Notes: a model not told the origin generated them from the sequence alone. A stretch of DNA of 63,800 nucleotides, filler included, from Reticulomyxa filosa (GCA_000512085.1; 23 parts of 23 records of this genome joined end to end with filler, not necessarily neighbours in it), one strand, 5' to 3'. Positions 22,004-36,500 are shown, counted from the first letter of the whole stretch. Numbers and translations: made by a program.

Positions 22004-24665
22004 NNNNNNNNNNNNNNNNNNNNNNNNNNNNNNNNNNNNNNNNNNNNTTAATTAATTAANNNNNNNNNNNNNNNNNNNNNNNNNNNNNNNNNNNNNNNNN
22101 NNNGTATCATCGAGCCTACCATAAAAAGATATGACGCCACAATCCGAATAATGTGTTACCCCAGAAGAAATGGAAGATGAATCTATTTAAGATGAGAAAG
22201 ATATGAATAAGAAAAAGAACCGACAAAAGAGACAAGCTCATAATTGTCTCAAAGCTTGAAAGAAGAAAAGAGATAATACTATGTTATCGTCACCTTTTCT
22301 ATAGAAAAGGGTTATTGATTGCTATTTCCCTTTTGTTGAACCGGATTGTTAAAACACAAATATATGTCTTTAACTATCAAAAAATCTTATCAAATCTACA
22401 TATTGAACATTTTAAAACATCAAATACTTGACTTTTTTTTTTAAAAAAAGATATATGAATTATTTATTGATCATTATTAGATAAAAAAAGGAAATAATGT
22501 ATTTTTTTTAATTAACGAAATACTTGTCAACTCAAAGTGTTGAGACTCAAGTTCTAAACCACTTTCCAAATTGTGATGTTCTATTTGTTTTTTTAACAAA
22601 ACAAATCAATCCAATTATACTCTTGTGCAAAAGATCATTTTCGTTCCATTTGTATTATTGACTGGTCAAAATAATCGATGATATTCAGATATCAAATTGA
22701 TCATTCTTCAGTATAATTTTTCCTCTTTTGATGGATTTCTTTTTTTCCTCATTCTGGTTGAAATTTTCTTAAAGATATTTTATCCGATACAACTTTTTTT
22801 GTAATTTCTCTTTTTTCTTTTTTCCAATTGAAATGATTTAGGGTAATGAGTTAAGAGGATGAAAAGCAGATTATTAATAACTCGTTTGTTTCTCTTATTT
22901 CTTTTTTATTTGAAGACATATCGCAATAATATTATTTAAAACAAGGACTGAATATTTTTTATAAGTTTTTCTTTTTTAGTGGTGCAATTTAAGGCAGTAC
23001 TTTATTACTTGATATCAGTAAAAAAAGTTGAAGGATGAACTTTTTCGCCTCTTTTTTGAAGCTGTTACTTGTCTTTATTCCTTTTCCAGTGGTTAATGGT
23101 GAGATTACGATTGACAGTGATGTCGATATCGTCCCGTTCAAGTAAAATTAATTACTGTTCTTTTTTTTTTTTTTTTCTAAAATACTCAAGTTTGGAGTGT
23201 AGCGAAGACGCCACATTAAACAAAAAAGGATTTGATTGTCCCAGTATCTTGCATTTGTTCCTGGTAGATTATGGTGGATGGTGGATTGGTGGATTGGTTG
23301 ATTGGTTGATTGGTTGATTGGTGGGTTCCTGTGTTTGGTGGAGCCAGTAGTCAGCCACTGATGTATTATACGTTTATTATGACTGCGATGAATGATCGCA
23401 ACACAGCGTGCAGTAGGCAGGCCGATGATGGAATCAAACCAGTGCAATGTCGACGACCACGACATCTTCGTCAAGGTTTGTATAAATATCATCGTGCCAT
23501 TGAATTTGCAGGATTGGTGGCAGTGTCCATCTGTGATGGACATGATAATGTCTCCCCCCTTTGTTGCAGATCATGTGATCGTGTCAATCGAGGGGTCGAG
23601 GCCCATTCATACTAACGATGCCTACATTCTTTATCTGGATGATGACGGTCGTTGTTGGAATTTATTCAATTGTTTTGGAGTTATCATTTTTATTACTTTC
23701 TAATCTAATTTATGTTTTTTAATTCATTGTAAATGATTTGATCTTTTTTTTCTTGTGAACAGGTTCGTGATTATCGATTGAATCCCGATCATGGTGGAAT
23801 ATTCTTATCGATATTAATTAGTGTTTTTTTTGTTATTATTTTTGCTTGATTGTGAGTATTTGTGTAATCCTTGCATTTTCTCATCCTTTTGCATTTTTTT
23901 CCCCTTTGCATTTTTCCCCATTTGCAATGTTTTTCAAAGGATACCCTTTTGCATTGTTATTAGTTCATGTTATTTTTGAATCATTTTTTTTTGTACACTT
24001 GTTTTCTTTGTTTGTTTTTTTTGCATTAATTGCTGCGCTTGGTTATTTTATTATTCGTGGTTGTGATTAATCTTGTCCCTGCATTGTATCCAGATATTTG
24101 GCTCCTTCATTGAAGGTTTTTTGTTATGTTTTGCACGCGTATGCAGACAACTATGATGCAATGATTTGCATCTCTTGGAGTCGAAATTGCCATCGATCCT
24201 GCAAATATAGTCCACTGATGTGGACATAATCATGGTGACTCCAATACAGTGTGGCTTATCTATTGCCGGCCATGTGGCTTGTTCAATAGGTATTGAACCA
24301 CCTTGGGATGCATTGACATCCCCTTCTATATTGTCTGCGCTTGTTTGGTACTCAAGAATGTACAAGTACTCATTTGATTATGTAGTGTCTTGTCATCCTT
24401 GAGTGTGGTCGATTTTAATGCTGCGAAAACAACGACCGTCGAATGTGACATCACTCGCTTTCGTCAAGTTTACAATTCATGACAATTTACTTTTTTCATT
24501 TGGTCCTTCGATAACACTTNNNNNNNNNNNNNNNNNNNNNNNNNNNNNNNNNNNNNNNNNNNNTTAATTAATTAANNNNNNNNNNNNNNNNNNNNNNNNN
24601 NNNNNNNNNNNNNNNNNNNATATATATATATATTTACATATATGTAATCTATTTATTCAAAACAG

Positions 24666-25518
24666 AACCAGATGACAAGACTCGCAACTCAGGACAATCT
24701 CCTTCAACATCGGAAAAGAATGGAACCAATCAAAACCACAGTCATGACACAGCCACAGAGAACAATAAAAGGACCACAGGACCTCCTCCTCCTCCCCCTC
24801 CTCCTCCTCCTTCTTCTTCTTCTTCTTCTTCTTCTTCTCCGTTATCCGCTCAGCGCAGATTGGAAAATTTCAAGGCGCGATTCGATTTTTTGGGGTTTTT
24901 GCTGCAAAACTCGCGCCTTCAGTTGAAACGCAAGCAATTGGACGATCTGTGGAAAATTGTGATTGGGGACAAATTGGACGAGTCCAACGAACATCATATA
25001 TCCAGCATTGGCAAAACAGAGCACGACTACTTCTTTCATTGGCTGAAAGAAATATGTCCAAGTAACAATAAAAGCAATATAAGCGCTATGTCGCAAGCAA
25101 TGACATTGGACGATGCTGTGCATCTCTTTCAAACACAGTTGCTATCGATGCCAAGAAAAACAATGACTTCGGAGTCTTTGGAATGCTTGCATCGCTATTT
25201 CGAATTGGTTCATTCCATGCCCGTCGCCAATACACAATCGACGGGACAATTGTTTCAAAGCTCGGTGCTGTCGAGTGCCATTGACATGATGTGGGAAATC
25301 GCCATCGAAGCGGAAGAAGACAGAGTGGCGGAAAGCTGCGGAGTATTTGTCACTACGTTTTACATGAAACCGACACCAAGCGTTGGCAATAACTCGGCCA
25401 ACTCGGCTTTTAATATGTTCAATGGAGCGCTCATCAGTGGTTTGACACGTCTTTTTCAAAACGCCGGGAACACCACTACCAACAAAGGCGGAACAAGCAA
25501 CGATATAAATAACAATAA

Positions 25519-25550
<32 letters not shown>

Positions 25551-26127
25551 CTAATAATAGTAATAACAATAATAATAATAATAATAGCAATAATAATAAC
25601 AATAACAACGTACAACCGCCAGTCAACAAATGGCAGTCCCGACACGACTTTGTTGAAAAGTGCATGGGCTATATGCAGCAACACGGCTTGAATGACAGTC
25701 CTTTGGCTTACTTACATAGGTTTTTTGCTTACTTTGTTTTGTATAAAATAAATACATAAATAAATTTATTTATTTATTGTTGTTATCATTGTTTTATACA
25801 GGTGCTTGAATTTGCTGGAAACATTTGTGGAATGTACACGACCAGGAACAATGTCCGGGGACAACAGCGCCGCGTCCGGATTGAATGACATGTGTTCGGA
25901 CCCATCTTCGGGGATAAACTTAGATATCAATGCCACCTCGCGTTGGGACTTGGGACGCTATCGCATGACCGGGTGGTCGCTGCCTATTGGTCGCAACGTG
26001 TTCACTCACATCAACTTATCCGTGAATATGAACAAAACTCGTAAGAATTTCAAACTGATTATCAGCAATCGCGCCACTGTCGACGAGCTATTGGAATTGG
26101 TCGCCGGGACCATTAAAATTCCCAAAG
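24666..26127 (+). CDS. USP9X/USP24-like deubiquitinase, internal fragment
   Basis: RFDFLGFLLQNSRLQL...LWK...FFHWL...LECLHRYFELV...IDMMWEIAI...HDFVEKC...CLNLLETFVEC follows the USP9X/FAF N-terminal region, then a ubiquitin-like segment. Contains a poly-Asn insert; intron ~25720-25801. Confidence 0.75.
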
Positions 26128-26479
26128 TTATGTCAGGATGCTAAAGCCGTTGATTGCATCTATTTTTACTTGTTTGCTTATTCATTGAGTTGATTTAATT
26201 TGATTTGATTTGATTTGATTTNNNNNNNNNNNNNNNNNNNNNNNNNNNNNNNNNNNNNNNNNNNNTTAATTAATTAANNNNNNNNNNNNNNNNNNNNNNN
26301 NNNNNNNNNNNNNNNNNNNNNCAATTTGATAGCACACAAGCAAACAAATAAATATTTTTAAAAAGTGTTCGGATAAATTAGAAATGAAAACAAAACAGTT
26401 GTTTTGCAATTGCATTTGAATATCTTTTTTTAAAGACGCTTAATCAATAAAGCAAATAATAAACAATCCAATCATCTCC

Positions 26480-27322
26480 TTTCTAATATTGTTCAATGAT
26501 GATGACCGGTTTATTGTATCCGAAAAACGATCTGACCATGATTTCAATATTTCATCACTCTTGGTGTGTGACATCGGAAGTACATACTACATAATTGCAG
26601 TACATGTGAAGGTATATAACACCAATATCCAATCAACAGGACATTTTCACATAATTAACTTTGGGATTGAAAGTAATGTCCATTGCCATTTGTGTTTGAA
26701 TTTCATACATACCATCCATAACGCATATCCGACATCTTCAAGATTTATTGCGTCGATTCTCTCATCCAAATTGTTTCTGCGTGTTATCTCTTTCATTTCT
26801 TTTGATTGTGCAATATAATCACAAAATACACTTTTGATATGTAATTGTGACAAGCACCAAGAGAAGACCGAGTTGGATAATGACACGTTCTGTCGATAGA
26901 CATGGACTCATGTTGTCTCCTTCATCCTCGATGTAACGACGATGCAATTGTTACTTGCTCACGAGATACCGATTTGCCAATTTGCTAATAGGCTTCAGAA
27001 ATTGCTAAGCCTGATTCCAATCTCTCTGTTTGCCGGACGTTGTTGCATGTAATTGCATCCAAATAGTATCCCAGCAGTGCCTTTACCCAATAACACGCTT
27101 ATCCGGCGATGATGACGTCGATACATTGGAAGCCTTATTATAATAAGTTGGTCGGTCACATTTGGTATTTGGTTGCTTGTGGCGATACAAATTTGGCGAG
27201 CAAGCAATTTGAGTAGCGATATTGTGGAATATACCCAAGTGTCTGCGAACAGCATCTATACTATTTGTTGTTGAAGACAAAACGCTCAATGCTCCCATTA
27301 CACCATTCAAATCTTGCGGAGT
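26480..27322 (-). pseudogene. Decayed coding-like sequence, same family as 14684-15730
   Basis: LNGVMGALSVLSSTTNSI and CIATSNQIPNVTDQLI, broken by stops and shifts. Confidence 0.45.
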
Positions 27323-27818
27323 NNNNNNNNNNNNNNNNNNNNNNNNNNNNNNNNNNNNNNNNNNNNTTAATTAATTAANNNNNNNNNNNNNNNNNNNNNN
27401 NNNNNNNNNNNNNNNNNNNNNNTTTTTTTTTTTTTTTTTGTTTTCTTTTTGTTTTTCAAGTTACGAGGGATCGATCGTAACTTTTTTTTGGTCATTTTTT
27501 CGGGTAACAGTTTTGTTTTAACTGTTGCAAGTAAGTAGGACACTATTTGCTTACGGACAGGTCACAGATCCCCATTCTCTTGGTTGCACTTTTCCTTCTT
27601 TCAACACATCTGTGCTCCTTTTTTTTTTTTTTTTCTCCCTTGCCTTTTCACTCTCTTTCATTGCAGAAGGAGAAACAAGCCACAAAAAAAAAAGAAAAAA
27701 TTCAAGCCAAAATTTTTTTTGTTTTGTTATTATTATTTTTTTTTTTTGAAAATAAAAATTTTTTTTTTGGTTTGTGCTAAGTTCTCTGGTTCTCTTTTTT
27801 TATTTTTATTTTTTTTTT

Positions 27819-28450
27819 TTAAACAAAATTTGGTTTGCTTGATTGAATGATTATGGCTGGAGTTTGTATTTGTTTGGTTGTAGTGGACTGTTGCATACAT
27901 TTTCGGATTAACAACTTGGATCCTTCCCAACGGGTACCAGTCAGTGCACACGCCAACGTTTGGGCATGCTCGTCGGCGAACGATAGTCTCATAAAAAACA
28001 TGTCCCCGCTTTCACGCATATCTTTCAATGGGCCGTTGCCAACAATTGTTCCGCATGATAACTCAAAGATTGCTATCACCTCTTCCTCTGTTCGTGGCTT
28101 TGGAATGTTCCATACCATCACTGAAAATGGCGTAACTGTATCAATAACCACAATTTGCAAATAAATACAAGATTAAAAATAAAAATTTTTTTTAGCCCCC
28201 TTTTTTTTTTCCGCCCTCCGTCGCTCTCCTTTTCGTCATTGGTTTGGTTGATTATTTGGTGCAAAGCCGGGCTTGGAAGGAAAACATACAAAATGTAACT
28301 TGTTCTTGCGAGGCCTTTTGTGGTATTTGTGTGAAGAGTTCTTGTTGTTGTGCTTGCTAACCTTGGTTCTTCTGTTTTTAGTCGAAGTGCAGAGAACGTT
28401 TGGGATTGTTATTTGGAAAAAGAAAACAAATAAGATATATTTTTAGTACC
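27819..28450 (-). CDS. RRM-containing protein (exon structure uncertain)
   Basis: SVMVWNIP...EEEVIAIF...CGTIV...RLSFADE...ALTGTRWEGSKLLI matches the RRM fold pattern. Confidence 0.6.
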
Positions 28451-29540
28451 ATCTTTTGTCGTCATTTCTTGTAATTTGTAGATAAGGCAAAGTTATGAAA
28501 GAATGTAATAAAAATAGGATTTTGATTTTTTAAGTACAAGTTCAAGGTACTTGCTGTTTTTACGGTTTAAGACTGGGATATGTGTACTTTTTGCGAAATT
28601 ATATTTTAAAAGTCGTGTAAATAACAATTACAAGATTTTCTACTATAGAAAAAAATGGTTGTTGTTAATTCTTGTAAATTTGGTCCAAATATTCAGGATA
28701 ATGTTACGTACCCAAGAACTTTTGCCTATGAATACTACACTGAGCGACCATTGTTTATGCTAACAATCCATTCTGCTTTGTTGTTGTATAGCCTCTGGTT
28801 GTGTAATTTTATGCTGCTTTTTAATCTCGGTAGTGTAAAGATGAGGCCTGATCTTATAGAAAGAAAGAGAAGACATAACTATGTTGTAATTTTAGGATTA
28901 AGTTCATTTAAGCAAAATTTTCAGGCATATTTCAATTAAAATGCACATAAAGCATTGCAAAATGAAGAAAAATTGAAAACTATTCAATTTATTGTTGTTA
29001 ATTTTTTAAATATATGTGCTATAACTTTATTTCAAAGTATTGATTAATCCCTAAACTGAAAATGAAAACACAGAATTCAAAAACTGAAGAAAAGAAGAGA
29101 GCATTTGTTGACAAAAGATTAAAGCTTTTGAAGCAATAAGGAGAGATAAAATAAAGACTAATTTTAAAATTATATTTGGAGACTACATAATTTGTGAATA
29201 TTTTGTTAGATTAAATAATATTTCTTCATAGAGGAAATCAGTATCTCTAAACAAAAAAAAGCTAGGACACACAGAAAATAAAAATATATATTTTTAACCC
29301 TCAATTGGTTTGATCATTGCCGTTGTTGCATGCAAGACGCATCGCTTTTCTGAAATAAGCACTCCATCATTATTATTACACATACACATGCGTATCATCC
29401 ATTCCATTAACAGAATTATGGTTCTTTGTTTTATTTTCCTAGTCAAATTATACACTTTTTTTACTTCAAAAGGATGTTTTTCATGCGTTCTCCCTTTTAA
29501 AAAAATCTAAATTACTTCATAGTTCCTTAACATTAACAAT

Positions 29541-30008
29541 ATGAGCAACGAAATCTTTCAAACTTTGAAGGAGTTGCCCAAACCGCTTTGTAGAATTCAA
29601 TGTGTGCTACACAAACATGAAATCCTCATTTGTGGGGCTGATGATTGTAGATCTTGTTATTCTTATCATATACTCAAAAACGAATACAAATTCATCTGTG
29701 AGTATCCAAGTAATGTTACATTAAACGGGCACTGTGTAGTGAAATTATCAGATAACAACAACAACAACAAAGACAATAATCAAATCACTTTGCTGTCTTT
29801 TGGTGGAATAGGCAGCCATACGTTGGTAATGAAATATGTAAGTATTTGGAGTAATATATCAAATAAATCAGATGAATTGAACAATTATAATAAATGGGTT
29901 CAGTTCACAGATAATCACGATCATCCAATTTTTATTAAAAGAAATGATTATGGTTATGTAGGATTGCGTGCAGTGGTTGGTGGAAGCAATAATCATTTGT
30001 TATTTATC
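29541..30008 (+). CDS. Kelch-like beta-propeller protein, 5' part
   Basis: FQTLKELPKPL..QCVLHKHEILICG...CYSYH..KNEYKFIC, GHCVV...LLSFGG, RAVVGG. Confidence 0.75.
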
Positions 30009-30108
30009 NNNNNNNNNNNNNNNNNNNNNNNNNNNNNNNNNNNNNNNNNNNNTTAATTAATTAANNNNNNNNNNNNNNNNNNNNNNNNNNNNNNNNNNNN
30101 NNNNNNNN

Positions 30109-31368
30109 TGCTTATTATTGTGATAATGATATTGTGAAAATTTTACACAATACACTTCAGCTGAATGTTCATTGAATGATTGAATTTGTTTGTTGTTATC
30201 AACATCCCATACACGAACTGTGTTATCACTTGATCCAGAACAAATGAATTGTCCATCAAATGTTGAATAATCAATACTATACACAAAGTCAGTGTGTCCA
30301 GTGAAATTTTTGAGTAATTTAGATGATGAGCGAAAATTATCAAAATTAGGTGTATGAGTTATTCCTGATGACATAATAGATAAAGAATCATCTTGATTTT
30401 TTGGTTGTTTTTGTTCGTATTTTTCTTCTTTGTCTTGATCAATTGGTTTTTTTGATAATGTTTGAAAATCTTGTGTTAATTGTAAACGTTTGTCTTCTGA
30501 TAATGTAATGGATTGCTCATATTGAGATTGTGATTTTTTTTGTTTGTCATTGAAATATCTTTCCATTTGTTGAATTAACTTAGCTTTATCAATAATTTGT
30601 TTATCTTTCAATTGAATATTTTGGTTTAATATATTAATTTCATTATCTTTGTTTTGTATTTGTATCTTCAATTGACCGATTTCGATATTGTCTTCATATA
30701 ATTTACAATTTAACTCATCAATTTTCAATTTCAGCTGATTTGATTCATTCTTATTATTTTGTTTGTATAAATTATATGTAAATAATATGATAAAGTAATT
30801 AAATGAAATATAACTTGAAATGTATAATTTTGTCTTATGATTTGTTTTTCTTTTTCAATATAATCTTTTTTCAATAATTCAAAATCTGCTCGATATTTGA
30901 GTGATTCTTGTTGGATATCATTTTGTAACTTTTTCATTTCTTTTTCCTTTTCATCCCATTGTTGCTTCTGTTTTAAAAGAGCTTCAATTTGTGAATTTGT
31001 ATTGTCGTTATTTGATTTCAACAATTGAGTTTCATTTTCTTGTTCTTTACTTTTCAATTTTAATTTTTTTATTTCTTCCTAATTTTTTATTTTGTATTGT
31101 TTTATTTAAACAAACAAATAAATAAAAAGCATTATAACAATTGGATTAACTTCATTGAATTGACTCTGTTTTATTTTATTTTGAAGAATGGTAATGTAAT
31201 CTAACAGCAAATCCAAATGTTTCTTCATTTGTAATTGCAAATGTTGTTCAAAATTAAAATTAAATAAAATATCATCGCATCCAAATTCTTTAAATTTACA
31301 TTCCAAATGCTTCAAAGGGCATTTATTTTCTAAATGTTCTTTCATTTCTTCAATCTTTCCTTTAAATT
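30109..31368 (-). CDS. TRAF-type zinc finger + coiled coil + WD40 protein (partial)
   Basis: HLENKCPLKHLECKFKEFGC...H, then coiled-coil exons, then GHTDFVYSIDYS...ICSGSSDNTVRVWD. Confidence 0.85.
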
Positions 31369-31468
31369 NNNNNNNNNNNNNNNNNNNNNNNNNNNNNNNN
31401 NNNNNNNNNNNNTTAATTAATTAANNNNNNNNNNNNNNNNNNNNNNNNNNNNNNNNNNNNNNNNNNNN

Positions 31469-32078
31469 TTATTATTATTATTATTATTATTGTTGTGACT
31501 GTATGTATTCGCCGGACTTGGATTGGCCTCGTATTGCATCACTGTCGTGTTACTCGTCGTATCTGCCAATGTCAATGGATGCTCATTATATCCATCACTT
31601 TCATAACGTCCCGATGGTGTTTCTGCTTCTCTTTCATTCTCATTGTCATTCTCGTTCTCGTTTTCTGTTTCGTACAGCTTTGGATCTAATTGTGGCTTTG
31701 TTGTTTCTTTCACAGTTACTGTCTTATCTTTCTTTTCTTGTGCTTTCTCATCTTTCATTCGTGTCTGTGTCTCCTCGTCGTCTATCGCTTCTTCTTGGCC
31801 TCCTTTTTTTTGCGTTATCTTGTTTATCGCTGCCATTACTGCTTCCGCTTCAACTTCTGCTGTTGTCGGGTCCGGGGACGAGTCAGCCACATTTTCTATA
31901 TTTGTTCCAACTGCTTTATTCTGAGAATTGCTATTTGAATGTCCGCCAGTTAAACGCTTCACAAGGTCTTTATCTCCACCAGAGGTCATAACCGCACCCG
32001 TCCAAGATCTTTTTCCTTCAATTTCAAAAACTCTACAACTTTTGCTTACCTTTACATTTTTCTCTATTAAGAGCACGT
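31469..32078 (-). CDS. Exon of a low-complexity acidic hypothetical protein
   Basis: ~200-codon open frame, more GC-rich than its flanks, with an EN repeat and poly-Asn. Confidence 0.5.
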
Positions 32079-33453
32079 CTTACACTACAAAAAGAAAACG
32101 TACATTTCAAAAGGAAAAAAAAAATGTTAAAAAGACCACAAAATGGACAAACCTAATCAAAATACAACAAATAGGAAGATTTTTTTCTTTCAATACTTCA
32201 TTTCGCCGACTTCATGCTTACTATGGACAAATTTTTAGTCTATCTAAAATCATTGCTTGATATCTACAAAAGATAGTGTTGGAAAAGCAGATCAATACAT
32301 CTGCGTCATAGACCAAACGATAAACTATTCAAGCCACATGAAAAGCACATTGAATTATTATACAATCAATTTTATTTTTAAAAGCATAATCAAAAACATA
32401 AAAATAATGCGACTTAATTTGTTTCATCGCAAATTCTTTTGAACGAAGAAAATAATTAACTTTAATTCATATCAGGAACATGTTTCACTGTATATTTTTT
32501 AATGCATGTAAGTGCATTATGTTTTTCATTCACATTTTTTAAAAAAATTAAAAACAGATTACATTAATAAAATTATCCAAGAATTACTAAACTAACATAC
32601 CATTCGTCTTTTCCGACTATGTCTACTGGGCCAAGGATAACTGGAAACGACATAAGTGCCATTACAGATAATGTGTATCACATTAACCACTCAACCATCA
32701 AACCCATAATCATCAGGCCCATGTTTGCCATGAATGATTATAATCTACAACCACAAATTGTTGTTTTATTTTACAATACCATTTGATTTATATCGTTGAA
32801 ACTATTTTTTTTATCATTTGTTTACATAAATAAATACAAATATATATAATACATAAATGTCTTGGCACCAAAATTGCACATTGTGAAGATGACCGATTTT
32901 CTAAAAATAACATTTTTTCAAAATTTTTTTTTAAAATATCACTGGTAATAGATCTCAATATGTTAATTACAAAACTACTGGATATACATTATTTCTTTGC
33001 CAAAAAAATTATACAGTGTGCTTCTATTTACTTTTGTTTGTAATTTTTCACGTAATAACACTTTATCTATCATTTTATTTGTACTAGAGAAAAACGTTAT
33101 GTAATTCATGAGAACACACTAATTTAAGGTTTAATGTTAAAATCAATGCCATAAATAGTAAGTTTTTGAGTGACCGATTGCAACAGCAAAAAAAAATATT
33201 ATTTCAAATAACGAAACAATTTTGTGTTTACAATCAAAAGTCTCACTTCAGTATTATAAAAAGGCCTAAATGTTGAAATCTAGCAACTAAATCTAAAAAT
33301 AATAAAATCAAAAACATCAATAAAACATAAAATTAGAAGAAAAAATATATTTAATATGTAGTTTTGCAAAGACCTTTAAAGAGTGAGTTTTCTCCTTTTA
33401 AAAAATTTTCTCTAAAAATAGAGCCAACGTTTTTACTCTAATTTCATACAAAT

Positions 33454-35416
33454 ATGGAAATTAAAACAAAAGATATGGATGAAATATACTTATTCTTGAT
33501 AAATGCGGTGAAAATGAAAGAGGAACAAGCGACTCAAGTTTGGAAAGAGCTAAGTGACGGTCAGGACTGCTTGGACATGGAAAACGTGGCCAAATTGGAT
33601 GAAAAAGGTTGGGAGGAAGTGTTTACTAATACAGGATTGAAATCAGGTACAAAATCAAGATTACGTGATGCAATCAGCCAGTATAGGAGTAAAATGGACC
33701 CGAAACCACTCACTTCGTTTGATAAGTGGAGTATATATTCTATGTATGTCTACATTATGGGTTGCAACTAAAAAAAAAAAAAATAATAGGCAAGAAAATG
33801 AGAAGAGTGAAGTTGTGTTGGTTTCCGAAGTGCAAAAGTCTGGGAGTGCATATATAACTTTGAAGGTACTCCTTTTTTTTGTTTCACAATATATTGCTTT
33901 TTGTAAACAAACGTTTCGCATTTTTTTTGGATGCAATGAAACAGGGCAATACACGTGTCAGAGTAGATCTAAACAATGAAAAATGGGAAAGTATGGATAT
34001 TCAATTAGGAGATGAAGTAAAATGCAGTTATTTGATTGACGATAGCGGTCAAGTGGTGATACAAAGTATCAATTTTCCAGAAATGTATTCAGGACAGGTT
34101 CACGTTTCTAATCGTGAGGCCGTAATTGAGATAAGTCCCCTTTCTGCTTCGAAAGAAGGGCCACAAAAAGTAAGTGTAACAACTGTAACGCGTTCTTCCC
34201 AAAATTTTCTTGAACAATTTTTGTCAGCTTGCACAATATGATTTGCCTTGTGTTGATCGATTACAAAATAAAAGGTGATATTTTGGAAATACGCAAGCAA
34301 ATCAGCGATGGAAATATCCCCAAGAGATGGAGACACTCTGAAATTTCGACTCCAATTTGTGAAGAACGAATGGCAGCCAAAAAAAGTGAAACTGGTTCCA
34401 CATAATCCACCGTTTTGTGTTGTTGTTGCCACATTTAATAAGTAGCTACTATTTGCTTTGCTCGGTGTTTAACAGGAGACAAATGGAAAAAGTACCACTT
34501 TCTGGAAGCGCAATGCATGCACTAACACTATTTAACAAGGCCAATCAAGCACCAAAGAATACAAGTAGCTACGTATCTCTTTTTTTAAACTTTGTCTCTA
34601 TTTTCTTATTTTAATCTTTTGTAAACTGTCTTTGAAATCGGGGGTGGTCAAGTCGAAGAAATACCCAGTTATATGATACGAGTGATAGAAGAATGCATAC
34701 AATGCCACTGTGGAATTCCTACAGAAGTACTAAATGAACTGAAAAAAAATCAATCCAGGCAAACTCAAGCAAAAAAGCTCGGGCAAATCGTACAACAATA
34801 CCAAGAGCTAACGGAAGACAAAGAAAACAATATTAAATATCTCTTAGAAGAATATCAAAAAGTCGTAAGTGAATATGAGGAAATAGAGAAGAGGAATAAA
34901 GCACCGAAAAAAAAAAGAGCAAACATGCTAAGGATCTACGTTGTTTGTGACTCTGAGATAAGTGAGCCAGCCATCTCACTCGAAGATGAAACATATAGTT
35001 ATTTGTTGTATTTTTATTATATTTATTTTATCTTTTGGTAACTCAGTGATACACATTTTATGAATATTACAAACAAATAAAAAAAGAATATACGCTGGAA
35101 AAAATTGCTAATGGCATTTTTTATAAGGATTTTAAAGACGTTCAGGAGTTTGTGACCTTTAATGTGCACCAGGGTGAAAGTATAGAGCAGAGCGAAATAA
35201 AAACAGATACTTTCATTGCCTTTCATCAACAGCCGTCCATACAGAAGTACGAAGGGACCATTTTTAATCATATCTTGGAAAATGTCAAAGACCCGACTTC
35301 GTTTGAATTTGCATCTCATGCGCTAAAAGATATAAAACAAACCATTTCGGAAGGACTGGCGCAGGAACAACGAAATATAGAAAGCAGAATTCTACAATTT
35401 GAGGACGAACAAACAA
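33454..35416 (+). CDS. Multi-exon protein with N-terminal SAM-like domain and possible OB-fold-like repeats (partial)
   Basis: ATG at 33454. EIYLFL...WKEL...DMENVAKLD..GWEEVF..TGLKSGTKSRLRDAI, then beta-rich units ending IQLGDEVKC and PRDGDTLKF. Several GT-AG introns. Confidence 0.55.
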
Positions 35417-35516
35417 NNNNNNNNNNNNNNNNNNNNNNNNNNNNNNNNNNNNNNNNNNNNTTAATTAATTAANNNNNNNNNNNNNNNNNNNNNNNNNNNN
35501 NNNNNNNNNNNNNNNN

Positions 35517-35552
<36 letters not shown>

Positions 35553-36140
35553 TCCCCCCCCCATCCACCCATCAACAATCAACAATCAACCAAATCGAAA
35601 CAAGTGTCATAATAAAAGAAAGTTCGTCATATGGCTCACTCCACAAAAAAAGAGTTTGCATCGTTTCCCAATCCTACATAATTGTCAAGAGTTTATTGAA
35701 AATGTTAATCACTTTTTTTTCTCTTGGTAGGATCAAAAAAAGTTTATACAAGTCGGATCTTCTCAGCAAAAAAAAAAATATTATGTATGAATGTATACAC
35801 ATATACATAAATATTTATGTATGTAATAAATGTATTATTTTTGCCTGTTGCTCGCAAAAAAAAAAAGTGTACGCCTTCGCTCATACCGCTGTGAAGGGTG
35901 ATGAATTGTTTTGCGAGACTATTCGTTCATTTCCACCAAACGGCTTTGGATCAAGATGGATTTTTCCTACTTGCTGTTTTTATTTTATTGTTGGCTTCCA
36001 GAGTTATACACACATTTTTATGTGTCCCCCCCCCCCCCCTTCTCATATCTACGTTTTTTCCAAAAAAAAAAAAAAAAAAGGGTGAAAAAACTACTATAAT
36101 TGAACTATTACAACTTTAAAAAAATATAATTTTTTCTTTA

Positions 36141-36500
36141 TTAGTTGAAAACTTGATTTGTTATGTCAGATTTTTGTTGAATGTGTGTGGGATCTTTTCC
36201 AGTTGGGTCAACGCTTCCATGAGAAGCACTCAGACGGGTTGCCGTTATTGACGCGTTAGGTCTCAATTTGGTAGGGACATAAGGATGAGTTACATCTGCG
36301 TATTGTGCCATGTCATTCGGATGATATGTCTGCACGCGCGCATTGCCATCCTTCATTGCTGTTGAAAATTGGGGTAGATTCGAAGAAGGGACTTGGGCTA
36401 TTTGTGCATTTGGATAATTCTTTGATTTTGTTGTAAACTCGATACCAACTCCAGCATTTCCTGGTGGTAATACTTTTTGAGTTTGGGGATGAGTTGACAT
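36141..36500 (-). CDS. Small hypothetical protein (119 aa)
   Basis: ATG after an A-rich leader; clean ORF with coding-like composition between AT-rich flanks. Confidence 0.55.
   Translation of the reverse strand: MSTHPQTQKVLPPGNAGVGIEFTTKSKNYPNAQIAQVPSSNLPQFSTAMKDGNARVQTYHPNDMAQYADVTHPYVPTKLRPNASITATRLSASHGSVDPTGKDPTHIQQKSDITNQVFN

Noticed and set aside
22104-24519. Decayed coding-like patches, with a short inverted similarity (ATTTGCAGGATYGRTGGCA at ~23504 + and ~24205 -)
   Set aside because: The match is only ~20 nt and no frame gives a recognisable protein; it may be another decayed repeat but cannot be supported.
32600-32900. Exon-like segments with splice signals on the minus strand
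   Set aside because: Stops occur in all frames tried; no product can be assigned.
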